Assembly (NCBI GenBank): GCA_050123235.1
Contig: JASFHL010000008.1
Span: 1-54,105, forward strand
From: Candidatus Woesebacteria bacterium
GTDB taxonomy: Bacteria > Patescibacteriota > Microgenomatia > UBA1400 > PJMF01
Direction: 5' to 3'
DNA: 54,105 nucleotides
Notes under the pieces: model-generated
What the model was told of the DNA's origin: nothing
The model's input: the letters and a program-made list of their open reading frames with translations, nothing else
Databases searched by the model: none
Program-made: the position numbers and the translations under genes
Part shown: positions 35,600 through 44,226 of the stretch, one piece after another
Layout: the number at the start of each line of letters is the position of its first letter
How positions within the stretch are numbered: position 1 is the first letter of the stretch

Positions 35600-35884
35600 A
35601 TGACCGACAATATCTCAATTGATGCTTCTAAAGCAAGAAATAATTTTTTTAATATACTCAATACAGTTTATAAAGATAAGACTGTCTCTTTTACTATAAA
35701 AAAAAGTGGTATTCCAGTTGCTGTGATTAGTAAATATAAGGCTACTGTTAGTAAGAAAACTTTAAATTTTGCTGGAGCATGGAAAGGTATTAAACAAGGT
35801 AAACGTCCTGATAATCTCTTAAAAGAGATTTATGAAGCTAGGAAGGATACTGGCAAAGTAAAACGAAAATTACCTAGTTTTTGA
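35600..35884 (+). CDS. Phd/YefM-family antitoxin
   Basis: ISIDASKARNNFFNILNTVYKDKTVSFTIKKSGIPVAVISKY matches the family. It lies immediately upstream of a PIN toxin. I prefer the ATG at 35600 to the GTG at 35591. Confidence 0.75.
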   Translation: MTDNISIDASKARNNFFNILNTVYKDKTVSFTIKKSGIPVAVISKYKATVSKKTLNFAGAWKGIKQGKRPDNLLKEIYEARKDTGKVKRKLPSF

Positions 35885-35897
35885 AATTAAATAAACT

Positions 35898-36284
35898 ATG
35901 TATCTCTTAGATTCCGACTATTTAATTTATTTCCTCAAGGGAATGCCCAAAGTGGTAGAGCTTGTTAATCAACTAGACGCTGAACTTTATACAAGTGTGG
36001 TTTGCATTGGAGAAGTAAGTGAAGGCCTAGCTACTCCAGCTAATAAGAAGAAATTAAAAATTTTTAATGATTTTGTCAAAACTTTAAAAATTATTGATAT
36101 TGATCAAAAAGTTATACTTGAGTTTGCTAAGATTAGAAGAAAATTACGTAACAGGGGAAAATTAATTGGAGATTTAGATATTTTAATTGCTGCTAGTTGT
36201 ATTGCTTATAATTTAACTTTAGTGACAAACAACAAAAAACATTTTAAAAGAATTAAAGGCTTGAGGATTTTATCAGCTAAATAA
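35898..36284 (+). CDS. vapC: PIN-domain toxin (VapC-like)
   Basis: MYLLDSDYLIYFLKG, EVSEG, GDLDILIAASCIAYNLTLVTNNKKHF: the acidic residues fall in the PIN spacing. Confidence 0.85.
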   Translation: MYLLDSDYLIYFLKGMPKVVELVNQLDAELYTSVVCIGEVSEGLATPANKKKLKIFNDFVKTLKIIDIDQKVILEFAKIRRKLRNRGKLIGDLDILIAASCIAYNLTLVTNNKKHFKRIKGLRILSAK

Positions 36285-36395
36285 TTTTTTTATTTAGTGT
36301 AATTTTGTTTTGCGTCCCATAACATTGCTTTATTTCCTTTTTAGAGATAGAATACATATTGGTTGAGTATAAGGGGTTTGAAGAAATCCTTCATC

Positions 36396-37305
36396 TGGCT
36401 GGCCACCTGGCCTGTCAGGCAAGCTGAGGGCGTTTTGGCGTCCTAAAGTTTGCGCTTAACCAGCTGTTTAACAATTCGCAGCGCGTGGCACGCGCTGCTG
36501 CCTGGCCCAAGAGGAGAAAAGGGCCGGGCAGTATGAAGTTTAGTGACCCGCCTCGCGCGGAGGCGGGAGAGTTTGAAAGAGGAGGTTTGAGATGTATAAG
36601 AATTGGAAATTGGCTTTGGTTATACTCGTTGTCGCAGGTTGTGCATTCACCTGCGGCGACATAGGGGATCTTCCCCAGGAGCAACAGGCCGCTCGGGAAG
36701 CCCTTTTCCAGCGGCCGGAGGAGGGACAAAGAGCGCAGCAGGAGGGCTATGTAGAGAGCTGGAAAATTTGGCTTGAGGAGCTCTTTGGGCCTCTGCTGGC
36801 TGACGGCAGGGGGGAAGGCTTATGGGAGCTCACCAAGGCGATCCTCCTGGCTACAGCGCTGGTCCTGCTCCCTTTAGCCCTCGCTAGAGAGATTGGGGAG
36901 AGGTTTAAGAACCTTTCTTGTAAGACAAAGCTGAAGATTTTCATCTTTAGCTTTGGGGCGCTAGGGGTGGCCCTAGCGCTTTATGTTTTTGTATCGTGGT
37001 TGGAGGTGTGGGGACCCAGCCTGTTTTTCATCTGGCTGGGAACTCTGGCCATCGGCCAGCTTGTTCCTCTCTCCGAGAGGAGAGAGAACTTTTTTTTGGT
37101 GGTGGCCTATTTACCAATGGTAATCCTGATGGATTTGGCCCACACGTTCGTGTGGCCAAAGCCTGAGGATATCGGGGACCTAGAGCATCTCTAGTCCCCG
37201 AGCAAAACTTCAACGCACGTGCCCAGCTCACCCCAACGAAGGGGCCAGGCCCGCGATCGACCTGCCTGTCCAGGCATGGGCACGCGCTGCGAAGTTTTGT
37301 TTTAT
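36396..37305. other. GC-rich compositional island (putative horizontally acquired single-gene cassette)
   Basis: Counted G+C is 39/60 in 36481-36540 and 39/60 in 36781-36840, against 12/60 in the flanking 36241-36300. The boundaries are abrupt. Several GC-rich hairpins are present. Confidence 0.8.
36592..37194 (+). CDS. lipoprotein-like multi-pass membrane protein, unknown function (foreign composition)
   Basis: Canonical SD AGGAGG at 36580-36585, 6 nt before the ATG. Lipobox-like LVVAGC. At least 3 hydrophobic helices follow. Third codon positions are G/C-rich, unlike neighbouring genes. Confidence 0.7.
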   Translation: MYKNWKLALVILVVAGCAFTCGDIGDLPQEQQAAREALFQRPEEGQRAQQEGYVESWKIWLEELFGPLLADGRGEGLWELTKAILLATALVLLPLALAREIGERFKNLSCKTKLKIFIFSFGALGVALALYVFVSWLEVWGPSLFFIWLGTLAIGQLVPLSERRENFFLVVAYLPMVILMDLAHTFVWPKPEDIGDLEHL

Positions 37306-37311
37306 AAACTG
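37202..37311 (+). terminator. long imperfect GC-rich hairpin followed by a T-run (terminator-like / REP-like)
   Basis: gcaaaacttcaacgcacgtgccca (37202-37225) pairs with tgggcacgcgctgcgaagttttgt (37288-37311) at 19 of 24 positions. The sequence ttttgtttt overlaps the 3' end of the right arm and runs past it. The motif ggcacgcgctgc also occurs on the left flank, in the hairpin gcagcgcgt-ggc-acgcgctgc. Confidence 0.5.
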
Positions 37312-37439
37312 AATCTTAAAGTAGTCTCTTGGCTAGTTTTAGCACTTTTGACTATTTTTTTAAGAAAGACATTTAAAAAGAAAAAATTTTAAACTCAGCT
37401 GTGGGTATTCAGTCTAGAAGACAGAACTATTTCAAAACC

Positions 37440-39674
37440 CTATGAAGATCCTTTTTTCCGTGCATATCTTTCTCTGCTAACCTTAATCACTTTTTCTCGA
37501 TTGAGATTGTGACTTTTTGCCAGGGCTAGAGTGTGAGCTGGGAATGGTTTGGAAATAATATCATTGATAGTCAATTTATTAATAATCTGATATCTTCCCA
37601 GAGAAACAAGGTCTTCTTGAGTGTATTGTTCAGCATATTCTTTAGCAAAGACAGCGCTATCATCAGCCCCCATCACAAAACTAATAATGCTACCACAGTT
37701 ACCAAAGATAGCTTTTTGTACTTCTTCTGGAATTTGCGCTACATATTGATTGGCTAGGGTAATATTAAGGCGGTATTTTCTGGCTTCAGATAGGATTTTA
37801 TTAAAAGATTGAGTGGCAAAATTTTGAAACTCATCCACATAAAGGTAGAAATCTTTTCTTTTTTCTTCTGCCATATCGACTCGAGACATGGCTGCTAGTT
37901 GAATTTTGGTAATCAACATCGCACCTAGTAGAGTGGCATTATCCTCGCCTAAACGTCCTTGAGATAGATTAGCTATCAGAATTTTGCCTTGGTTCATGAT
38001 TTCTTCAATTCTAAAAGAGCTAGTCTGAGCATTGACTACATTTCTGACCATTGGTGAAGAAACAAACTGACCAACTTTATTGAGAATAGGAGCAATGGCT
38101 TCTGTTCTTTGTCTATCTGGCATTTGGTTAAACTCATCAACCCAGAAGCTTTTCAAAATAGGGTCATCAAGGGTGCTAACCACTTTTTTGCGATATTTAT
38201 GACTAGTGAGTAATTCCAAAACATTGGATAAGCGCGAATTGTCACTTTTGAGTAAAGTTAATAGCGTGTTGCGCAGAATGTATTCTAGTCTTGGACCCCA
38301 AGAGTAAAAGTAAAGTTTTTGGAAAATAGAAACAATGCCAGAGGCAATCAGTTCACGATGCACAATGTCTTTGCCTTCAAAGAGATTGATTTGCACTGTT
38401 CTTTCTGGATCAGCCGGATTGAAATAAACCACATCGTTGATGCGTCGAGAGGGGATGAAATCAAGTAAGGTTTCTGCCAAATCACCATGCGGGTCAACAA
38501 TGCAGATGCCTTCGTCATTTTTGAGGTCATTGATTGCCATATTTGCCAAAAGAGTAGATTTGCCAGTCCCAGTTTTACCAATTACATAAACATGGCGTCT
38601 TCTATCTGTTTTAAACAAACCATATTTAACTTTAGCATTTTTAAAAACAGTTTCGGCAAAAACATTGGTGTTTTTTTTAAGGGCAGGCTCTGTATTCCTG
38701 GTAATGATCGGTAAATTTTCTGGTGGTTCTCCTAGTAGATTTTTTCCCCAAGAAATATTAGGAATCACAGACAGTTGTTTGTTGGGCAGGTGATAAAGGG
38801 TGGCCAGTTCTTCTAGACTGAGGTGCATAGTACTCGAGCGGAAAAAAGAGCGTTTTTTCATTGTTTGCAAAAAGTTGTTTGGGAAAAGATATGTTTTGTT
38901 GAGGATAATAGTGTTGCTTTCACTCTGGGACATGGAACTGAAAGCAGTGGCAATATTTTCTAAGATTAATTCAGCTCTGTCTGGGCTATCAGCAGAAACA
39001 GCAATCTTAATCCCAACTTTTAAAGCCTGGCTTTTGAGTTTTTTTTCAATTAAGGCTTTTTGAGGATGATGACTAGTTTGGCTGATTTGTTCTGCCAGAT
39101 TATCGACGGCTGTATTTCTTTTTTTAAATTGGCTAATTTTACGCAGCGCAGCTTGTCTCCAGAAATCAAAATCTCGACTAATATTAAATTGGATCACAAC
39201 TTGGTCTCTGGGTTGGCTTTGAGAAAGAGTAGAAAGCAGCGTAACCAGTGGGTCTACATCTTGGAAATCTTGGTATGTTTTGAGAGGGAAGTATTCAGCA
39301 TTCTGTAATTTCAGAGATCCTAGTTTTAAATAGTTTTTTCCATCAAAGTGAGGATCCGAGCTTTCAATAGAATCAATTAAAAAATCCATAGGATCACTAC
39401 TGAGGTCTAGTTCATTGATCAAAATTTCAGGATAGCTGGCAGTTAAGCCAGCCTTGAGGTAATCAACAAGTCTGCTGGGCATATAGCAAAGGAAGAAAAT
39501 AGTTTGGTTTTGAACTACGAACTCAAAGCTAAGTTTTTCATGAATTCCTATCAGGCGATAAAAGATATTATTTTTCAGGTGGGGAATAGTAGCAAAGAGC
39601 TGAACTGCTGTTTCTGGAGTATGTTCAGCATCTCGTCCGGTTCGGAGTTCAAGCAGGCTGTGGTTACTAGGCAT
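37440..39674 (-). CDS. T4SS-type ATPase of the FtsK/HerA/VirB4/VirD4 class with ~350-aa N-terminal domain
   Basis: Walker A VIGKTGTGKSTLL, DPHGDL, and a Walker B-like FYLYVDEFQNFAT. No TM helix is evident at the N-terminus. Confidence 0.8.
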   Translation of the reverse strand: MPSNHSLLELRTGRDAEHTPETAVQLFATIPHLKNNIFYRLIGIHEKLSFEFVVQNQTIFFLCYMPSRLVDYLKAGLTASYPEILINELDLSSDPMDFLIDSIESSDPHFDGKNYLKLGSLKLQNAEYFPLKTYQDFQDVDPLVTLLSTLSQSQPRDQVVIQFNISRDFDFWRQAALRKISQFKKRNTAVDNLAEQISQTSHHPQKALIEKKLKSQALKVGIKIAVSADSPDRAELILENIATAFSSMSQSESNTIILNKTYLFPNNFLQTMKKRSFFRSSTMHLSLEELATLYHLPNKQLSVIPNISWGKNLLGEPPENLPIITRNTEPALKKNTNVFAETVFKNAKVKYGLFKTDRRRHVYVIGKTGTGKSTLLANMAINDLKNDEGICIVDPHGDLAETLLDFIPSRRINDVVYFNPADPERTVQINLFEGKDIVHRELIASGIVSIFQKLYFYSWGPRLEYILRNTLLTLLKSDNSRLSNVLELLTSHKYRKKVVSTLDDPILKSFWVDEFNQMPDRQRTEAIAPILNKVGQFVSSPMVRNVVNAQTSSFRIEEIMNQGKILIANLSQGRLGEDNATLLGAMLITKIQLAAMSRVDMAEEKRKDFYLYVDEFQNFATQSFNKILSEARKYRLNITLANQYVAQIPEEVQKAIFGNCGSIISFVMGADDSAVFAKEYAEQYTQEDLVSLGRYQIINKLTINDIISKPFPAHTLALAKSHNLNREKVIKVSRERYARKKGSS

Positions 39675-39747
39675 AGCTTAGTATAGCATCTGGAGATAGT
39701 GAAATTTAAGACAAGTTGAGGTTCATTCGCATTAACTGTTGTTTTGT

Positions 39748-39907
39748 CACTTACTATTTTTTTAAACTAAGACACAGTCGCGACCACTTAGATGCTAGAT
39801 CATTAATTTACCAAGCGCCTTCTCTGAAGCTCAGTCCTTACTTATATCTCATTTCTATGTTTTTATGACTTCGCTTCAAGGTTCTTAGTTTAAAAAGATA
39901 GTAAGTG
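39748..39907 (+). ncRNA. candidate structured RNA (or ssDNA) element, copy 3 of 3
   Basis: The 25-nt arms 39748-39772 and 39883-39907 form 24 Watson-Crick pairs plus T39758 opposite G39897. Boxes are TGAAGCTC at 39825-39832 and TCGCTTCAA at 39871-39879, 38 nt apart. Confidence 0.55.
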
Positions 39908-40118
39908 TATATAACAACCATTTTTAATTCCTTAATCAACTTGACTTAAATTCCACTATCATTCGTTTTTAAATCGGGTTTTTTTATACTTTTTCAATTT
40001 TACTCACTAATTGCTGTTTTTGATTTAATATTGTGAATAAGTTTTATATTGTCCTCTAGTTTTGTTTAACAATTAAAAATATAGGGTATGCTATTTTTTT
40101 TCAATCTTAAATTATAGG

Positions 40119-40148
40119 TTGACATAAATGCCAATTAGTAGTTATACT
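40119..40148 (+). promoter_or_regulatory. sigma70-like promoter in the 1-kb non-coding region
   Basis: TTGACA at 40119-40124, an 18-nt spacer, then TATACT at 40143-40148. Confidence 0.45.
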
Positions 40149-40471
40149 TCTAGTAAAGTTGTAGAAATATTAGTGTTAAGCAACTTTGAAATTTATTGTA
40201 GAAAAAATAATTCTAAAAAACAAAACCGCCTAAAGTTACAGTCTTAGGCAGAAAGAAAGTAAATTTAGGCGGAGTAACATTGTTACCGCTAAACTTTTGT
40301 TTACAAATAACAATGTAGCTAACATTCGCTTAGCTTAATGTTAAGTCTAAGCATATGATGTAAATAAGTTATCATCCTCTGGAGGAATGGTAAACTAGAT
40401 CTTTTTTATCAAAAAGAATGCTTTGTGCATCAATTTATTCAGAAACACTTTAAAAGCTTAAGTAATTTTTG

Positions 40472-40546
40472 AAAAAGGTGTTAAATAGAAGTTCGGTCGT
40501 AAGGGCAGGCAACCGGACTTCTACTTAATACCTTTTTTTATTTTTC
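40472..40546. terminator. 25-bp hairpin flanked by an A-run and a T-run (bidirectional intrinsic terminator-like)
   Basis: aaaaaggtgttaaatagaagttcgg (40472-40496) pairs with ccggacttctacttaataccttttt (40513-40537). On the plus strand there are 22 Watson-Crick pairs, 2 G-U pairs and 1 A-C mismatch. The sequence ttttatttttc (from 40537) overlaps the last arm base and extends past the arm. Confidence 0.55.
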
Positions 40547-40586
40547 TAAATCTTCCAATTAAACTTGAGATTAAAATCTTATAGCA

Positions 40587-40615
40587 TTGATTTTTTTAAG
40601 GTTATAAGCTATAAT
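40587..40615 (+). promoter_or_regulatory. sigma70-like promoter upstream of the sortase gene
   Basis: TTGATT at 40587-40592, a 17-nt spacer, then TATAAT at 40610-40615. Confidence 0.45.
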
Positions 40616-40698
40616 TTTATATAGCCTATAATATATTATTTAAATAAAAAACAACTGTTTAACTTGATACAGTTGGGTTTTTTACTATTTTGAAAACA

Positions 40699-41490
40699 AT
40701 GAATTATTTATTTAAAACAAAACAAGTTTTTTTAAAACAAAGCTTTCCTCGAGTGAGAGCTGGTTTATTGGGTCAAGTTTTACAAACTGAACAAGACCAA
40801 GCTTTAAAAGCTAAAAAACAGTCTTTTTTACAAAAATCTTGGCAGTTTTTGCTCAGTTTAATAATTGTAGTTTCACTTTTATCAACAGCTATTTTATTTG
40901 GCCCTAAATTGTATTATCAAGTTTTTCCTCATCAAGTGCCAGCTATTAGCGCTTCTCAGGTTACTACTGCTTTAGCAGAAGATTCAATCTCTATAAATTC
41001 TAAAGAAGAAACTGAAGATATAGTTGAAGAGGTAGTTTATGAGCCTGAGTTTGATCCTAACTTACCCATTGGAGATTGGTTAATCATTCCTAAAATCGGA
41101 GTAAGAAGCCAACTTCAAGCAACTGAGGAAGCAGATACAGCTTTAGAAACAGGGATTTGGTTAGTTCCAGATTATGGAAAACCTGGTGATCGTGATCTAC
41201 CCATGATCGTGGCTGGTCATCGTTATGGTTGGCAATGGTGGTGGAAAGATGATTATTGGCGCTATCATTCTTTTTATCTTTTACCAGATTTAGAACCTGG
41301 TGATACCATAGAAGTAATCTCTAGTCAACGCAAGTGGGTTTATGAAATTTATGCTGGGGAAGAGGGTGAAGAAATTAGTGACTATGAGGCAGATTTAATT
41401 GTTTATACTTGCAAACATTTAAATTCGCCAATCAGGCATTTTCGTTATGCTAAGTTGATTGATCCTAATAAAGATACTCAAGCTAATTAA
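40699..41490 (+). CDS. sortase family protein
   Basis: N-terminal TM anchor. LIIPKIGVRSQL, the catalytic-His context MIVAGHR, LEPGDTIEV, the Cys context LIVYTCKH and a downstream Arg (IRHFRY) are all present. The track start is a TTG at 40690; I prefer the ATG at 40699. Confidence 0.8.
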   Translation: MNYLFKTKQVFLKQSFPRVRAGLLGQVLQTEQDQALKAKKQSFLQKSWQFLLSLIIVVSLLSTAILFGPKLYYQVFPHQVPAISASQVTTALAEDSISINSKEETEDIVEEVVYEPEFDPNLPIGDWLIIPKIGVRSQLQATEEADTALETGIWLVPDYGKPGDRDLPMIVAGHRYGWQWWWKDDYWRYHSFYLLPDLEPGDTIEVISSQRKWVYEIYAGEEGEEISDYEADLIVYTCKHLNSPIRHFRYAKLIDPNKDTQAN

Positions 41491-41677
41491 GCTTAATTAG
41501 TTTTGACTTTTCACTAAGATTTTGAAATAATATTAATATACTTCAAAAAGGTATTTGTCTTTAATTTTCAATATTTTCCAGATGAATAAAACACGCCAAG
41601 TATTTTTAGATTTTATTAGTAATTAGAAACCTAGATCTCTAATTAGATTTCGGGATTAAGGTTAAAATAAAGGTTCC

Positions 41678-43069
41678 ATGTCTCAAAAACAAGTAACTAC
41701 AGTTGCTGATTTAGTGGGTCAAGCGCCTACGAAAGAAATAAAAACAAAAAAGGGTATTCAAATTAAATCAGCCCCAAGAAAGACTCAAGCAAAAACTACT
41801 GTTAAAAGAACTGCTAGAGTTGCTGTGAAGAAAGCGAATACCAGTAGATCGATTAACACACGTATTTCAAGAACTAACGGCAGTATGAAAAACAATGGTT
41901 TTCAAAATAATTATCGGTTAAATATCCCAGACAGTGATTTGCCTACAGAGACAATCAGTGGTCTATTGGATATGTCTCGAGAGGGACATGGTGTTTTGAG
42001 AAAAAAATTTTCTGAGAATGAAAATGATGCTTATATCTCAACTTCGCAAATTAGGCGTTTTCATTTAAGGCCTGGTGACCTGATTGAGGGTCCTGCTAGA
42101 AGACCTAAGGATAATGAAAGATATTGGGGACTACTTAAAGTAGAAAAAATTAATGGGATAGCAGCTGAAGATTATCTGAAAAAAAATATTCTCAAGTTCA
42201 AAAATTTTACTCCTGTTCATCCCAATTCTCAGATTAAGCTTGAGATTGGAACTGAACCCTTGTCCCTGAGAGTGATCGACATGATTGCTCCGATTGGCAA
42301 AGGACAAAGAAGTTTGCTAGTTTCACCACCTAAGGCTGGTAAAACTACTTTACTAAAGGATATTGCTACTGGTGTGGCTAGAAACCACCCAGATATTCAT
42401 CAGCTAGCTGTTTTAGTAGGAGAGAGGCCAGAAGAGGTGACTGATATTAGACGCCATATGGAAGAAATCACAAAAGGTGATGCAGAGGTGGCAGCCAGTA
42501 ACTTTGATGAATCTGCTCAAGATCAATGCCGAGTGGCTGAATTGGCTCTAGAAAGAGCTAAGAGATTGGTCGAAAGTGGTAAAGATGTTTTAATTGTGCT
42601 TGATTCAATTACTCGTCTTGCTCGGGCATATAACTTATCTATTCCTACTTCTGGTAGGACTTTATCTGGTGGTTTTGATCCAGCAGCTTTGTTTCCACCA
42701 AAGAAATTTTTTGGAGCTGCTAGAAATTTTGAAAAGCATGGTTCTTTAACCATCATTGGCACAGCCTTAGTTGACACTGGTTCTAGAATGGATGATTTGA
42801 TTTATGAGGAATTCAAAGGTACTGGTAACCAAGAAGTAATCTTAGATCGTCGTTTGGCTGATAGAAGGATTTTCCCAAGTATTGATGTGCAGAGATCAGG
42901 TACTAGAAGAGATGATTTATTGATTGAGCCAATGACTTATCAATCAATCTTGACTTTACATAGAATGATGGATACCTTTAATCCTGAAGAAAGAACTCAA
43001 ACTTTGCTTAATCAGTTAAGAAAAAGCAAGTCAAATAAGGAATTTTTAGCTGCTCTTAAAGCTGGTTAA
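41678..43069 (+). CDS. rho: transcription termination factor Rho (with ~95-aa basic N-terminal extension)
   Basis: RNA-binding region YISTSQIRRFHLRPGDLIEG. Walker A PPKAGKTTLLKDIA. LDSITRLARAYN. The C-terminus is RRIFPSIDVQRSGTRR. Confidence 0.95.
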   Translation: MSQKQVTTVADLVGQAPTKEIKTKKGIQIKSAPRKTQAKTTVKRTARVAVKKANTSRSINTRISRTNGSMKNNGFQNNYRLNIPDSDLPTETISGLLDMSREGHGVLRKKFSENENDAYISTSQIRRFHLRPGDLIEGPARRPKDNERYWGLLKVEKINGIAAEDYLKKNILKFKNFTPVHPNSQIKLEIGTEPLSLRVIDMIAPIGKGQRSLLVSPPKAGKTTLLKDIATGVARNHPDIHQLAVLVGERPEEVTDIRRHMEEITKGDAEVAASNFDESAQDQCRVAELALERAKRLVESGKDVLIVLDSITRLARAYNLSIPTSGRTLSGGFDPAALFPPKKFFGAARNFEKHGSLTIIGTALVDTGSRMDDLIYEEFKGTGNQEVILDRRLADRRIFPSIDVQRSGTRRDDLLIEPMTYQSILTLHRMMDTFNPEERTQTLLNQLRKSKSNKEFLAALKAG

Positions 43070-43089
43070 AGTTTTTTTGGACAGTAGCT

Positions 43090-44214
43090 ATGTCTAGAAT
43101 TAGAATCAGGATTAAAACACCATCGTTTTTTAGAGATATTTCAGAATATTTTAGATTTTTACGTTTTTATTTACGCCATCGTGGTTATGCTTGGTTTGCT
43201 AGGTTTGAAGTTTTTAAAAGTTTTTTGGTTGATATTTTATATAAAAAGAGAGGCCGTTATGCAAGGCCTTTTTTGCATTTAGGCACTATTGCTCTTGGTT
43301 TTGCTTTAGTTACCTTTGGACCTTTAGTTTTGACTAAAACAGATGAGGAAAGATATGGTCAGCCTAGCAGCCCTGTTCTATCAACGGCAACAGCCTTTGC
43401 TCCTGATTTTTATACGCTCCAGGCAGAGGAGGTAAGACAGTACCGTGGTGGAGAGGTAATTAGCCATATGGTAGTTGAAGGAGAGACTTTATCAAGTATT
43501 GCTGATCGTTATGGTTTGCAAATAGAAACAGTTCTCTGGGAAAATAGTTTAACTAGTAAAAGCAAAATTAAACCAGGCCAAGAATTAAAGATTTTACCCT
43601 TGGATGGAGTGAGGCACAAAGTTCAACGTGGTGAAACCATTTATAGCATTGGTAAAAAATATGGTCTAGATGGTTCACAAGTTCAGGTGATTGTTGACTA
43701 TCCTTTTAATGAATTTTTAAATGATGAAACTTTTGAGTTGGTGGTTGGGCAACAACTGATGATTCCAGACGGTATCAAGCCTGAAGAGAAGAAAAGAGCA
43801 GTTGCTAGAGTTGCGAAGATTTTAACTCCAGATGCAGGTACAATTACTGCCACTGGCAATTTTGTTTGGCCAGCAGGAGGTAGAGTTACTCAGGGTTATC
43901 GTTTTTACCACAAAGCAATTGATATTGCTAATAAAGCTGGTGGCTCAGTTGTGGCCGCTGATAGCGGAGTGGTGGTGGTAGCTGGTTGGCCTGATGGTTA
44001 TGGTTATGGCAATCGCGTGATGATTGATCATGGTAATGGCTTTGTAACTTTATATGCTCACTTGAGTGTGGTGCAAGTGAAATCAGGTCAGCGAGTTAAT
44101 GGGGGTGATGTAGTTGGCCAGATGGGCAGTACTGGTAGAAGTACTGGTACCCATTTACACTTTGAGATTAGAAAAGGCGGGGCTTTGCTGAATCCGCTGA
44201 GCTATTTGAATTAA
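43090..44214 (+). CDS. LysM-domain M23 family metallopeptidase
   Basis: TM anchor, two LysM repeats (HMVVEGETLSSIADRYGL...; HKVQRGETIYSIGKKYGL...), and the M23 motifs YHKAIDI and GQMGSTGRSTGTHLHFEIRKGG. Confidence 0.9.
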   Translation: MSRIRIRIKTPSFFRDISEYFRFLRFYLRHRGYAWFARFEVFKSFLVDILYKKRGRYARPFLHLGTIALGFALVTFGPLVLTKTDEERYGQPSSPVLSTATAFAPDFYTLQAEEVRQYRGGEVISHMVVEGETLSSIADRYGLQIETVLWENSLTSKSKIKPGQELKILPLDGVRHKVQRGETIYSIGKKYGLDGSQVQVIVDYPFNEFLNDETFELVVGQQLMIPDGIKPEEKKRAVARVAKILTPDAGTITATGNFVWPAGGRVTQGYRFYHKAIDIANKAGGSVVAADSGVVVVAGWPDGYGYGNRVMIDHGNGFVTLYAHLSVVQVKSGQRVNGGDVVGQMGSTGRSTGTHLHFEIRKGGALLNPLSYLN

Positions 44215-44226
44215 GAATCTAAAATT

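Noticed and set aside
36415-37231. Minus-strand ORFs 36415-36729, 36747-36944 and 37028-37231 in the GC-rich island
   Set aside because: High G+C suppresses stop codons in all frames. These ORFs overlap the SD-supported plus-strand 200-aa gene, and their products are Pro/Arg/Ser/Ala-rich, as shadow frames typically are.
36301-37311. ttttgtttt on both sides of the GC island as a target-site duplication
   Set aside because: It is a low-complexity 9-mer in a very AT-rich background. The left copy lies about 90 nt outside the compositional boundary. This is not convincing.
40650-40688. The hairpin caactgt...acagttg followed by a T-run, just before the sortase start, as a leader attenuator
   Set aside because: The stem is only 7 bp, and the promoter assignment at 40587-40615 is itself tentative. 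The evidence for a regulatory leader is insufficient.
39675-40690. tmRNA, RNase P RNA, 6S RNA or tRNA genes in the 1-kb gene-free region (and in other spacers)
   Set aside because: Scanning by eye, I could not find the diagnostic sequences: a GGTTCGA-type T-arm, the GAGGAAAGTCC P4 region, or cloverleaf pairing. This needs a covariance-model search to be definitive.
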